The notes beneath the pieces are model-generated. The model was not told the origin of the DNA. It saw only the letters and a program-made list of their open reading frames with translations, and did not search any database. This document shows positions 8,417-17,946 of a stretch of 32,156 nucleotides of DNA, piece after piece. The number at the start of each line of letters is the position of its first letter. The stretch's first letter is position 1. Location of the stretch: IMG/VR virus record IMGVR_UViG_3300033067_001939, positions 1 through 32,156 of that record; one strand, 5' to 3'. This stretch comes from a virus. Lineage: Duplodnaviria > Caudoviricetes. The translations under genes were made by a program, and so were the position numbers.

Positions 8417-9670
8417 TTAGAAGTAATTTTCAGCAATATAGTCTCTGTCGAGACCATCCCGAGATGATGACTGTCTTGGCTTTTTAAGTGAAAGAGGCTC
8501 ACCAATTGGTCTACCTTTTGACTTCTGCAATAGCTCAAGCAGACGAATGCCCGTAGGCTCACGATTGTACATCTTCTCAGTCTTGCTTGGCTGAGGCCCG
8601 TAGAACCGTTCCTCATACATCTTTGCCCGTGTTTCATCTCCCTTGATGTGGAAAATGTAGGCAAGTGCATAATCCTCAAGAATTGAAGGAATGGGTACGT
8701 CAGTTTCACTTGCTACGGTTGTAAGTGGAGTCATATCCTTGTAGTATCGGATAAAGAATGTGCCTGCTCCAGCAGTAAGTATTGGCTTGTCCACTGAAAT
8801 ATATCCCACACTATCTACTGAATCAGCAGGCTCAATAGTGTAAAAGGTAGGATGATCACTCGAATCTTGGTTATTGTCGGTTATATACTGATCCATTTCA
8901 CTCAATGTTTTGTACTTGAGTGGATATGTAGTGCTGTCACTTCCGTTAACATATCTATATCTTACTGTATCAATATGTATCAAATCAGATAAATATGTAA
9001 CTAACCCATACTTTCTGGTATTAGCTAGGCTCGTTATATCATCACTTTCCTTACGTAAGAACCACCAATTCTCTTTAACTGACTTAATAATGATTTGAGC
9101 ACGCTCGAATTGCCGAATGAGCTCATCGTCTGATTTGATAATCAGTCGCTCAGTATCTCCTGCAATCTTGCGCACATTGTCGATCATGTAACCAACTTGC
9201 CTATTGGTAAACCCAGTAGCAGCAATTGTTGGAGAGTAGTCTGAGGACAATAATGATGCACTGTTATATAGATTGTATCGGTATGAGTCAGTCGCTAAGC
9301 CTCCTGCGTCAATGTAGATCGTTTCTCGCTTATCCCACTGAATGTTGGAGGTTGAGATCAAAGTCCATGCTGCTGCACGGTACCTGTAGATCTGGTACTG
9401 GTCATATTCGTACCTATACACGATGGTATTTTTGTTGTGTGAGAACTTGAAAGCTCCAGTTACGTTGATGACGGTGTTTCCTGTCTGGCTCGTTACGGGC
9501 TTACTTTCAGTCTTTTCCTCACCTGGTTGACCTAGAATAGCTATATCATTGAGAGTATATCCGTAGTTATTTACAACGGTAAGCGCGGTTCCTGAGGAGT
9601 AGTCAGCATCAAGGTACGTCTTCTCTGTATGGGTAAAGTCAGGTATAGGGATTATGAGTTTTCTTGACAT
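8417..9670 (-). CDS. head-tail adaptor (tubular protein A-like) with N-terminal extension
   Basis: C-terminal ~260 aa show adaptor pattern (helix, W.FL, Y.L, P..Y, Y.K....L.....P..P...L..YAL); directly upstream of nozzle. Confidence 0.7.
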   Translation of the reverse strand: MSRKLIIPIPDFTHTEKTYLDADYSSGTALTVVNNYGYTLNDIAILGQPGEEKTESKPVTSQTGNTVINVTGAFKFSHNKNTIVYRYEYDQYQIYRYRAAAWTLISTSNIQWDKRETIYIDAGGLATDSYRYNLYNSASLLSSDYSPTIAATGFTNRQVGYMIDNVRKIAGDTERLIIKSDDELIRQFERAQIIIKSVKENWWFLRKESDDITSLANTRKYGLVTYLSDLIHIDTVRYRYVNGSDSTTYPLKYKTLSEMDQYITDNNQDSSDHPTFYTIEPADSVDSVGYISVDKPILTAGAGTFFIRYYKDMTPLTTVASETDVPIPSILEDYALAYIFHIKGDETRAKMYEERFYGPQPSKTEKMYNREPTGIRLLELLQKSKGRPIGEPLSLKKPRQSSSRDGLDRDYIAENYF

Positions 9671-9674
9671 ACAT

Positions 9675-10652
9675 TCATTTTACTAGTCTCGTATCCAAAT
9701 TCAATACCCGCTCTTCTACAGAAATGCTCAACCCTTCTTCGGGCTCTACCGTAAATTTCAAATAAGCTACAGTTGTAGTCGTTGAGCTACTGGTGCTGCT
9801 AGATGTACTGCTACTTGTGCTACTTGATGTAGAGGTAGTACTACTTGAAGATGAAGTAGATGTGGTGCTTTGAGTAGTAGAAGAAGATGTAGAAGTAGTA
9901 CTTGAAGATGTAGATGTGGTGCTTGAAGATGTAGATGTTGTACTTGTTGATGTCAAAGTAACACTAGTACTACTTGATGTGCTTGATGAAGTACTTGTGG
10001 TACTCGAAGAAGTTGATGATGAGGTGCTTGTTGTAGAGGTACTAGAACTTGTGCTTGTGGTTGAACTAGTGCTTGTGGTGGTTGTTAAGTCTGGGTCATA
10101 ATACTCTTTGAAATACAGGTCATAGTATGGACCTGTTCCCACTGCATCATAAGACAGCCAGTTTGGAGTTGCTTCAGGTCCTTGATTGGAGAGAAATTGA
10201 CCGCTCGTATATTCATCAATGGTCTGATCAGCACTATATGTAGTATCGACACCATAAGCAAAAATTATATTGTTTATATCTACTGCGTCAACTGTTGTTC
10301 TTAGTACAAACCAATATTTAGTAGATGCTGTAAGTTGATAAATAGAGGCAAAAGAAAACGTACACAAAGTCACAGACGAGCTAGACACCGAGCTTGTTGC
10401 TATTGGGGTTGCAGAAATAAGCAGCGTTCCTGGAACACCTGAATTGTCAGAATAAACACCAAGCGATACGTTTCCTGATGGAGATCCATTCTTTTTTAGG
10501 GCAACTTCTATAGAATGTATATAGCTAGTCTGAGTTGGCGTAAAACTTTGTGCTGCTGAGGCTGCCGCTATTGTTGCGTATTGATCTGAGAAAGCAAAAC
10601 CCTCAAAGGAGTCTCTGTAATTAGTCTGCTGTTGGTCTAATGTGGCTGCCAT
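9675..10652 (-). CDS. virion protein with beta-sandwich domain and ~100-residue Ser/Thr tract
   Basis: AQSFTP...YSDNSG.PG..L domain, long almost pure S/T run, short C-terminal segment. Confidence 0.8.
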   Translation of the reverse strand: MAATLDQQQTNYRDSFEGFAFSDQYATIAAASAAQSFTPTQTSYIHSIEVALKKNGSPSGNVSLGVYSDNSGVPGTLLISATPIATSSVSSSSVTLCTFSFASIYQLTASTKYWFVLRTTVDAVDINNIIFAYGVDTTYSADQTIDEYTSGQFLSNQGPEATPNWLSYDAVGTGPYYDLYFKEYYDPDLTTTTSTSSTTSTSSSTSTTSTSSSTSSSTTSTSSSTSSSTSVTLTSTSTTSTSSSTTSTSSSTTSTSSSTTQSTTSTSSSSSTTSTSSSTSSSTSSSTSSSTTTTVAYLKFTVEPEEGLSISVEERVLNLDTRLVK

Positions 10653-10654
10653 AA

Positions 10655-10831
10655 TTAGTTCCTCCCTGAATAGTCAATTCCTAACGGTGTGTATTCATCA
10701 GTTTCTACAATCATAGCTTTTATTGAAATACCTTCTCCTACCATTATCTCGAGAGAGATTGAGGTTGTCGAACTGGTAGATGATGAAGTAGATGTGGTTG
10801 ACGTACTGCTACTCGTTGTTGTGGTTTCCAT
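10655..10831 (-). CDS. small Ser/Thr-tract protein (58 aa, not in ORF track)
   Basis: METTTTSSSTSTTSTSSSTSSTTSISLEIMVGEGISIKAMIVETDEYTPLGIDYSGRN; own promoter; stop 2 nt before next ATG. Confidence 0.8.
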   Translation of the reverse strand: METTTTSSSTSTTSTSSSTSSTTSISLEIMVGEGISIKAMIVETDEYTPLGIDYSGRN

Positions 10832-10839
10832 ATAACCCT

Positions 10840-10868
10840 ATCTTAGTGGAAGGTCGTTTGGGTATCAA
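10840..10868 (-). promoter_or_regulatory. promoter TTGATA-17-TAAGAT, tail module
   Basis: -10 followed by agggttatATG (8 nt). Confidence 0.6.
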
Positions 10869-10873
10869 GACGG

Positions 10874-11779
10874 CTATATCTCGACACGGGCTATTTCTGG
10901 CTGCCGTTTGTAGGATTTTCTTTCTCCATTCTCCTCATATTTTCCCCACACATCAAGTTCTTTTCCACCGTTCCATTGCTTAGGCCAAAGGTAGGAAAGA
11001 TCTGCCCAGCTATATCGTGGATCAATAGGCATCGAGGTTTGCTGTGCTTTTGCCTGCTCATCCTTACTTTTTCCCCACCAGTGCCATACCCATGAACCTC
11101 GTGTTGAAACTGCTCGATAATCTCGTGAATAGGTCCGCCCCATCATGTCATAGTCTTCAGCTCCTCCAGGGTAAAATCTCTCATCCCAAAGCCCTATAAT
11201 CTCAAAATGCTTGTGCTTGAAAACAGGTCCCCAGGCTGCTATGCCGTCACAAATCCCCGTATAACTCAATGGAAACGTCTTAGGAATGTCTGGGTACTTC
11301 TCCTTGAGATGTGAGAAATCTCCCTTGAGAAGAGCTGCATATTCCTCATCGGAGAACCCATCCTTGTGATCAAATATTTCAACATACTCATTTGGTGGCC
11401 TACCATAGCCCCAAAGGGGTATTCTAACGCTCTCAGGATTTACGACCAATATCTCATTGTGAGACTCCATATTGAAGGTATTGAGTATTCCCTGCCACCA
11501 GTCTTTGTGGATGCATTCAACATCATCGTTCCAACAGGTTATGTACTCAGACCTCCAGTGGAGGGCATGAATTATTCCTTCATTCATTGCTTTAGCAAAA
11601 CCAAGATTTCGATGGGGTCTGAGCTTCAAATGCACACCTTTTATGTCAGGTAAACCTTCTCTTGTCATATCAATCACAATCACCTTGAAGTTATTTGGAG
11701 TGTACTTATATAGTGTCTCAATACACTTGAATATGAAGTCATTTCGTAGAGCGGTGATTATGAATGTGTTTTCAATCAT
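10874..11779 (-). CDS. glycosyltransferase family 2
   Basis: VIVID, NLGFAKAMNEGI, WNDD, GLWDERFYPGGAEDYD motifs. Confidence 0.9.
   Translation of the reverse strand: MIENTFIITALRNDFIFKCIETLYKYTPNNFKVIVIDMTREGLPDIKGVHLKLRPHRNLGFAKAMNEGIIHALHWRSEYITCWNDDVECIHKDWWQGILNTFNMESHNEILVVNPESVRIPLWGYGRPPNEYVEIFDHKDGFSDEEYAALLKGDFSHLKEKYPDIPKTFPLSYTGICDGIAAWGPVFKHKHFEIIGLWDERFYPGGAEDYDMMGRTYSRDYRAVSTRGSWVWHWWGKSKDEQAKAQQTSMPIDPRYSWADLSYLWPKQWNGGKELDVWGKYEENGERKSYKRQPEIARVEI
11480..11523. repeat. 44-bp inverted repeat, copy 1 (inside GT2)
   Basis: Reverse complement matches 18237-18280 at 42/44. Confidence 0.9.
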
Positions 11780-12339
11780 TTTGTTTCAAGGTTGCCACTG
11801 ATAAACTCAAATTCAGTATTTGCATTCCAGTTTCTAAACATTCCCTCCTGCTCATGTGCAGCCATCGTCCATGTATGTCCATGCGCTCCAAACGGATTGG
11901 ACTCAAAACAGTAGTATTTCATGCCTTCGGGGACATCATTTATCTGTGACTGTCTCACTGAAGCAGCCCAGCCAAGTTCTTTCAAAACTTCATAGCCTAA
12001 TCGTGTCATTTCCCAATTAGGAGCCTTCCACACTTTTGCGAACATTCCCGATGTTTCATATCTATCAAGCACATCAAACCATCTTTTCTTATCCCACTCC
12101 AGTACTTCGTCATTTCTAAGATGTTCCCACCCATGTGCAGCAAACTCTATATAATCAAAATGAGAAAGGGTCTTGAGTACGTTCAAATCTGGCCATCTAC
12201 CAAGTATGGTAAACAACGTGACCCTAAACTTAGGGTACTTTGTTTTCATCTCCATCAGATAATTTACGCAGTTACTCTCATGATCGACTGCGAAGTCGTC
12301 GAGATCGAATACGACTATTGCTGTGTCTTGCTGACTCAT
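11776..12339 (-). CDS. polysaccharide deacetylase-like protein
   Basis: FDLDDF, TLF, AAHGWEH, KAPNW, HGH motifs (NodB/CE4-like); probable start MSQQD. Confidence 0.75.
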   Translation of the reverse strand: MSQQDTAIVVFDLDDFAVDHESNCVNYLMEMKTKYPKFRVTLFTILGRWPDLNVLKTLSHFDYIEFAAHGWEHLRNDEVLEWDKKRWFDVLDRYETSGMFAKVWKAPNWEMTRLGYEVLKELGWAASVRQSQINDVPEGMKYYCFESNPFGAHGHTWTMAAHEQEGMFRNWNANTEFEFISGNLETK

Positions 12340-13216
12340 GTGCTTTAATATAATTGATAAGCCGTGTAAATCCTTCCCGTAGGGTGACATCTTCTCTAAT
12401 GGTGTATTTTGAGTCATACTTCACGTTACTACAAATACGTCTTTTAGGACCAACTGGTTTGGTCAAGTCATGTGTCACCTCAGGTTTTATATCAAGAATG
12501 CTGCATACAAGCTCAACTATTTCATTCACCGATACCTCTTTCCATGCCCCAATATTGAGTGGTCCATTATTCTTCTTCGTATTTACCATCGCATAGATCT
12601 TTTTCATGGCATCATCCACGTGCAGGAACGTCCTAGTTTGAGTCCCATCACCCCAGACAGAGATCCGTCCAGTCTTTGCAGCTACAATGCCTTTATAGGC
12701 CATCTGGGGAGGGAATTTAGCCTTTGGACCCATGAACTCCTGTCCATCACCATAAATGGTGTGAAGTACTCCCACACGGCAATCTACAGGCGAATTTGCC
12801 ATAAGTTTGAGCATAGTCAGCTTCTCCCATCCGTACATCTGGTCAGGCTTGGCAGGACCATCAAGCAAGTCCTCGCACAGAGGTACTCCTTGGTTCATGA
12901 GGTCAGTGTTGTATGCACAGGCTGAAGAAGGGTAGAAAAGACGCTTGACCTTGTGTTCCTCGCACGCTTTTAGGATGTTTAGGTCAATGAGGAAGTTGTC
13001 CATAACTGGGTAGTAATTCTGCTCTGAGAAGAATCCAATCCCTCCCATGTTCGCAGCAAATGACATCACCCAATCAACTCCATAGGTAGCATTCAAGGCC
13101 ACCTTATAATCTCTTAAATCGCCATCTGTGGTGCGCACTTCACGATTCTTTGATTTCAGGAACTTGACCATGTTTGATCCCAAAAATCCTTTGTGTCCAG
13201 TTACAAGTACTATCAT
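12278..13216 (-). CDS. NAD-dependent epimerase, GDP-mannose 3,5-epimerase-like
   Basis: VTGHKGFLG, AANMGGIGF, SSACAY, YGWEK, WGDGTQTRTF. Confidence 0.85.
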   Translation of the reverse strand: MIVLVTGHKGFLGSNMVKFLKSKNREVRTTDGDLRDYKVALNATYGVDWVMSFAANMGGIGFFSEQNYYPVMDNFLIDLNILKACEEHKVKRLFYPSSACAYNTDLMNQGVPLCEDLLDGPAKPDQMYGWEKLTMLKLMANSPVDCRVGVLHTIYGDGQEFMGPKAKFPPQMAYKGIVAAKTGRISVWGDGTQTRTFLHVDDAMKKIYAMVNTKKNNGPLNIGAWKEVSVNEIVELVCSILDIKPEVTHDLTKPVGPKRRICSNVKYDSKYTIREDVTLREGFTRLINYIKAHESARHSNSRIRSRRLRSRS

Positions 13217-14145
13217 ACGCCTATAAATTGAGCTAACTTAGGCATCATTACTTCATTCGAGTAGCGTTCCTGAACATATGCCCTATTCTGTTCAGACGAA
13301 TAATCCTCATCAATCATCTTAGTCATGAGCTCACTAAATGAGCTCCACACATATGGTCCCCAAATATCTTTGGCTCCTTGGAAGTTGTGAGGAAGTGCTT
13401 TGATCCCCTTGGCGAGTGCCTCAGCGACAGGGATAGAGAAGGCATCTTTCATGGAGAAAGTAACGAGGTAATTCTTGTCGTCAAGCCATTGATCAACCGA
13501 GCTCACTCGTTCCTCATTCAAGAACACATTGTTCTCCAGTCCAAGCTCCTTGATTATGTGCTGTGTGTAGCGGAAGTACCATTCCCACACATCATGGCGC
13601 CAATTTCCTTGAAGGTAAAACTTCCAGTCTTTATTACCCGTTTTATCAATGATCTCACGAGCAAACTGTGGGACGAGTACCTCACCCTTAGATCCCCAGA
13701 AGTGACCAAGAATGGCTACATTGTATCCCTTGCTCCGTGGAGCATACGTCCACTCGTTCATGTCAATGGAAAGTGGCATGTGAGCCAGCTTGAGATTAGG
13801 ATACTTAGACAGATCATGACGTTCCTTGAGAACTTCAAAATAAGCCTTTGAGGTGTACATAAGCCCCGTAAGGTCTGATATATCAGCGCCATTAGCATTG
13901 TTTGCCCATATCTCTATATCCATTGCGCGAGCGTATATGGGCTTCTTCTTGCCCCAACCATCCTTGAGTGCAAGTTCCATCATACCCTCAAACCATTCAA
14001 ATATAGCCACATCACACCACTCCATTTCGACTGGATCGTAGTACATGTTCCAATGAACTTCGTGTCCCTGCGCCTTAAACCACTTCTCAACCTGAGTAGT
14101 AGTTTTATGGACGCCAAGATGATCGGCTATATAGATTTTACTCAT
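13213..14145 (-). CDS. GT-B (GT4-like) glycosyltransferase
   Basis: KG motif and S.KDAFSIPVAEALAKG (variant of E-x7-E). Confidence 0.8.
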   Translation of the reverse strand: MSKIYIADHLGVHKTTTQVEKWFKAQGHEVHWNMYYDPVEMEWCDVAIFEWFEGMMELALKDGWGKKKPIYARAMDIEIWANNANGADISDLTGLMYTSKAYFEVLKERHDLSKYPNLKLAHMPLSIDMNEWTYAPRSKGYNVAILGHFWGSKGEVLVPQFAREIIDKTGNKDWKFYLQGNWRHDVWEWYFRYTQHIIKELGLENNVFLNEERVSSVDQWLDDKNYLVTFSMKDAFSIPVAEALAKGIKALPHNFQGAKDIWGPYVWSSFSELMTKMIDEDYSSEQNRAYVQERYSNEVMMPKLAQFIGV

Positions 14146-14714
14146 ACAGTTTTTGGTTTTCTAACGAGAGCGAAATATGAATTGATTGGTCCATCTGAGT
14201 ACATGTCAGTCCAACCGACGGCACCTGGATCATAGACACAGTGAAGCTCATCGAGCTTGAACTTAGTCAGCTTCTCAAGGAATCCTGGAAGCGTTACTCC
14301 GTGGAAGGAAACGAGCAGTCTCCCACCTGGCTTGAGTATGCGATAAATCTCACTCAATGCCTTATCAAACTGAGCAACTACATCACTCATCCCAACAAGC
14401 ATCATGCCGTCGGCTGAGTCAGATTCGAGCTTTGATTGCGTAATATCATCAATGATGTCAGGCTCTCCTTGTGTTGGATCAGTGTCAGTGGTGAGATAAT
14501 CACAGCGGAGGAGCATGTTATTGAATGTCATCGAATAGTCCCAAAAGATATGCTGACCAATATTGATCACTTTGTCTCCATCCTTGAAGAATGAAGCAAA
14601 ATGAGGAATGATCTTGGTATTCATGTACTCGCGACCCTTTGTATTCGTGTGCGGATCGTATGCCTTAAATAACCGCTTATCCCGATGACCAGTATAAAAG
14701 TTTGCAAATGCCAT
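14142..14714 (-). CDS. class I SAM methyltransferase-like
   Basis: VINIG, DIIDDIT, ALSEIYRILKPGGRLLVS. Confidence 0.8.
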   Translation of the reverse strand: MAFANFYTGHRDKRLFKAYDPHTNTKGREYMNTKIIPHFASFFKDGDKVINIGQHIFWDYSMTFNNMLLRCDYLTTDTDPTQGEPDIIDDITQSKLESDSADGMMLVGMSDVVAQFDKALSEIYRILKPGGRLLVSFHGVTLPGFLEKLTKFKLDELHCVYDPGAVGWTDMYSDGPINSYFALVRKPKTV

Positions 14715-14715
14715 A

Positions 14716-15249
14716 TTAGGTTAAAGAACTGTTAATTTTATTCGCCTTATCAAGAACATCTGAAAGGATGTCTACATCATCTTTCGTCCACCAGTGCCAA
14801 TAAAAGAGCGTTTCATCTTTCAGGTTCCAGTCTTTCAGCAATTCTCTGATTGTCTTTTGTGAGACCTTTATCGTTAGTCCGAGTTCCTTACATACATTTG
14901 ACATAATATCGCCCTGTTCATTCCACGGTGGATAGAGGATGGTCGGATTGCTATGGATGAACGTTTGCTTAGTCATCATGAGATTGGCGTATATGTACGC
15001 ATACAAATCTACAAATGACATTGCCCAGTACCGATCATGTGACCAGTTATGTAGCTGTATATCCCATGTAGCGGGATCAGTGTTGTTCACGTAATCAACC
15101 ACATCCTTATCAAAACCAATCCTACTGCTCATACAAGAGTTTACCCCTATGGTGAAGGGGATATTCTTTGACACGTGCAGTTCATGCAAAGATTTAACGG
15201 TTTCCAACTTGATTCTTGGGTCGAAATCATCGCATCTTATTTTTATCAT
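14716..15249 (-). CDS. polysaccharide deacetylase / DUF2334-like
   Basis: IRCDD, PFTIGV, LHNWSH, PPWN, HWW. Confidence 0.75.
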   Translation of the reverse strand: MIKIRCDDFDPRIKLETVKSLHELHVSKNIPFTIGVNSCMSSRIGFDKDVVDYVNNTDPATWDIQLHNWSHDRYWAMSFVDLYAYIYANLMMTKQTFIHSNPTILYPPWNEQGDIMSNVCKELGLTIKVSQKTIRELLKDWNLKDETLFYWHWWTKDDVDILSDVLDKANKINSSLT

Positions 15250-15761
15250 ATTTTTACGCCAACGAAGAAATTGCCAATTACCTGATCACGTGTGTAATAA
15301 ATATTCTCGTCCTCGCTGATTGCTTTACCTACCGTATTGTTATACAACGTGAAGTCATGATAGATGCACCATCCACCTTGTTTTACCTTAGGACAGTAGA
15401 TTTTGTTGTCTTCTACTATTCCCTGGTGACTGTGCAGACCATCATTAAAGAACATGTCCAGCATGATGTCCCACTTCAAATCTTGTGACTTACTGGTGAA
15501 TATTTCCAACTTGCCATTGTCAAAGCCCAGCTTTGCTCTGTGCTCGTAGAATCGAGGATTTGGAGTTGGATCAATTGTATATACTCTCACTGAAGGTTTG
15601 CAGTGCTCGGTGATGGTGAAAGCAGATTTACCCTCACACGTTCCTATGTCAAGTATGATCCCGTTTTCTGGTACAGACTGAGCGTAAGGAATAAGTACTT
15701 CAGCATCACTATTGGTAAGCGGTCCACCCACCATTGTTTTGATATATTCCCAGTTGTTCAT
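15246..15761 (-). CDS. SAM methyltransferase (Methyltransf_24-like)
   Basis: ILDIGTCEGKSA, YTIDP, DGLHS, GG...HD. Confidence 0.85.
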   Translation of the reverse strand: MNNWEYIKTMVGGPLTNSDAEVLIPYAQSVPENGIILDIGTCEGKSAFTITEHCKPSVRVYTIDPTPNPRFYEHRAKLGFDNGKLEIFTSKSQDLKWDIMLDMFFNDGLHSHQGIVEDNKIYCPKVKQGGWCIYHDFTLYNNTVGKAISEDENIYYTRDQVIGNFFVGVKI

Positions 15762-16297
15762 CGTTTGTAAAATGCAGCCATCAAGTATGGACCCTGCAAT
15801 GAACTGTTAATACAACCCCATTTCTCATTATCAAACATTCCTATTACCTGATTCTCGTTAAAGTCATTTAGATGAGTCGAGTCTTCGTGAGTTGTAGGAA
15901 CAATTGGACAAGTGAGGAATATCTTTTTCCGTGCTGAGCTCATTATCTTTCCCGCAAATGACTCTGGGTATCTCAGGTGTTCAAAGGTTTCGACACACAC
16001 CACCATGTCGCAGACAGGAAACACATCCATCTGATCAAGGTTATTGACCACAAAGTAACTATTGTCAGTTTTATAGTGCTCAGTCGCATACTGGATTGCA
16101 CTTGCATCTCTGTCTATACCAATTGCCTTCCTAGCAACCTGAGAGAGTAGTTTCGTGCCGTAGCCATAGCCACAAGCTGCATCGACAACCACGTCATTAG
16201 GCTCAACGAATCCTCGTGCGCATAGGTACCTGTAGAGGTGGCTTCTTGCAGGAGGGCTTGCATAGTCTCCTATTTGAATATTGATATTGTGTCCCAT
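15758..16297 (-). CDS. class I SAM methyltransferase
   Basis: HLYRY, VDAACGYGYG, GID, ETFEHL; likely start MGHNIN. Confidence 0.85.
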   Translation of the reverse strand: MGHNINIQIGDYASPPARSHLYRYLCARGFVEPNDVVVDAACGYGYGTKLLSQVARKAIGIDRDASAIQYATEHYKTDNSYFVVNNLDQMDVFPVCDMVVCVETFEHLRYPESFAGKIMSSARKKIFLTCPIVPTTHEDSTHLNDFNENQVIGMFDNEKWGCINSSLQGPYLMAAFYKR

Positions 16298-16302
16298 ACA
16301 TG

Positions 16303-17046
16303 TTACTTGGATTCCCAAGTGTTAGGATCTAAATTTTCAATGAGTCGATCCCAGTGCTCTGGAGGTGGCCACATCGCCCTGTGTCCGTGAACATCGATTG
16401 GAATGTCTTTGTATCCCCAATTCTCTCCGAAAAGGTGGAAAACTCTTACATCTTTAGCATACCCAACGTCATATCCTACATCATACAGCCTTGCTGCAAT
16501 AAAACTATCCTCATGATTACGATTGGCTGTCCAGTTCTTCTCCCATCCTCCTACCTGACGTACCACCTCGGTCCTCATGATGCGTAGATGTGCTCCTGTG
16601 TGATTAAATTTAACCACTTCCTCTGGCACTTCAAATTCCCTGCCTCCACGTCCTACCAGGACTTGAGGTCGACAGGTGATTGCTCCGAACTTAGGATACT
16701 TATCCATGAGCTCAACGAGTCTCCCAACCCAGTCTTTTCCGTCTGGATAACTAGCACAAAGTATATCATTATCCGTATCAATGTAGTACGGAGTAGATCT
16801 TACTAGTGCAAGACCATAATTCTTCGCCATATGGATTCCGTAGTTCTCCTGGAGAAGAATTAGATGCTGAATGTATCCATTCTGCTTCAAAGCAAACAAT
16901 GCCTCCTGAGTTCCATCGTTGGAGTTGTTATCAACCACAATCAATCGGTACGGAGTTTTCGTCCGTTCCTTTAGGTACGTAATAGCCTTCTTCGTAAACT
17001 CAAGGCGATTGTACGTAACCATGACGATGTCAATTATAGAATCCAT
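16303..17046 (-). CDS. glycosyltransferase family 2
   Basis: VTYNR, VVDNNSNDGT, DND, GGW...ED; likely start MDSIID. Confidence 0.9.
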   Translation of the reverse strand: MDSIIDIVMVTYNRLEFTKKAITYLKERTKTPYRLIVVDNNSNDGTQEALFALKQNGYIQHLILLQENYGIHMAKNYGLALVRSTPYYIDTDNDILCASYPDGKDWVGRLVELMDKYPKFGAITCRPQVLVGRGGREFEVPEEVVKFNHTGAHLRIMRTEVVRQVGGWEKNWTANRNHEDSFIAARLYDVGYDVGYAKDVRVFHLFGENWGYKDIPIDVHGHRAMWPPPEHWDRLIENLDPNTWESK

Positions 17047-17248
17047 AGAGTTTTCTCCCTCGCTCAAAAACTTTTAATTCTTGCTGACACACGTTACATA
17101 ACTGTACCCAGACCACTCCTGCTTTTGTATGCCTTTGATGCAGTTTGACATGGTCTATCTTATTTTTGATAGAGCCACCATAAAGCAGCGATTCTGCCCT
17201 TCTTAAACTATCCATCACCTCTTTGTTGAAGCTCTTTTTATGTTTCAT
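17030..17248 (-). CDS. hypothetical basic protein (72 aa, CxxC)
   Basis: ATGA coupling to upstream GT2; fills the gap. Confidence 0.55.
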   Translation of the reverse strand: MKHKKSFNKEVMDSLRRAESLLYGGSIKNKIDHVKLHQRHTKAGVVWVQLCNVCQQELKVFERGRKLYGFYN

Positions 17249-17946
17249 TCTGTGTTGCGTAAATGAGTAATGTACAGATACCAATCTAGCTTCTTAGGCA
17301 CGTAATGCCGAGTCAGTTGATACCACATCCAGAAGTCCTGACCCCACGGATTGCCCAAAGTCCTCACGGTTGAGTCATAGCCAGGGATACCACCAGCATC
17401 AGCGAATATGTAGCAATTCTGAGCTTCAGGGAATAATCCTGTTTTCTCTAAGCATGACTTATGGAACATAAACTGGCCGTTTACAATCTGTCCACTATCA
17501 ACAGGTCCACCTAGAACTTCCTGGAAGTAGATGGGATCCCGTGTTCGTATCCATCCTGCCTTCTTATCTGTTACCAAGCCTCCCCAGTTGAATATCTTTG
17601 TATCTGGGTTATCCTCTATAGATTTGGCAAGGTATTCGAGCGTAAATGGCATGATCTCATCATCATCATCAAGAAATAGTACCCACTCGTTTCTCACGAG
17701 CTTCATTCCGTCATTGTATGAGTTGACCCGCTCAAGTCTCCTGTCATGTCGAATATACTGCACCTGTTCTTTAGGATAAAACATGTCTACAAAAATCTTT
17801 GCTGGTTCATCAGCAGCATCATCCACGATGATATGCTCCCAATGTGGGTACGTTTGTCTGATGACACTCTCACAAGCTCGTTTGAGGTGTCTACCTCGAT
17901 TGAGCGTGGGTGTGATGATGCTAAAGGTTATATTTGTCGATGCCAT
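17245..17946 (-). CDS. glycosyltransferase family 2
   Basis: SIITPTLNR, SV..QTY..WEHIIVDD, FLDDDD, QDF. Confidence 0.9.
   Translation of the reverse strand: MASTNITFSIITPTLNRGRHLKRACESVIRQTYPHWEHIIVDDAADEPAKIFVDMFYPKEQVQYIRHDRRLERVNSYNDGMKLVRNEWVLFLDDDDEIMPFTLEYLAKSIEDNPDTKIFNWGGLVTDKKAGWIRTRDPIYFQEVLGGPVDSGQIVNGQFMFHKSCLEKTGLFPEAQNCYIFADAGGIPGYDSTVRTLGNPWGQDFWMWYQLTRHYVPKKLDWYLYITHLRNTE

Noticed and set aside
9770-10101. Ser/Thr-coding DNA as CRISPR or tandem repeat; Val/Leu/Glu-rich plus-strand ORFs (9916..10101, 26878..27153)
   Set aside because: No constant repeat-spacer unit; low complexity comes from S/T codons and the plus ORFs are antisense shadows
11366-11653. Plus-strand ORF sharing GIEY.LPPVFVD.FN with the 157-aa protein
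   Set aside because: Explained by the inverted DNA copy; antisense to a clear GT2, not a separate gene
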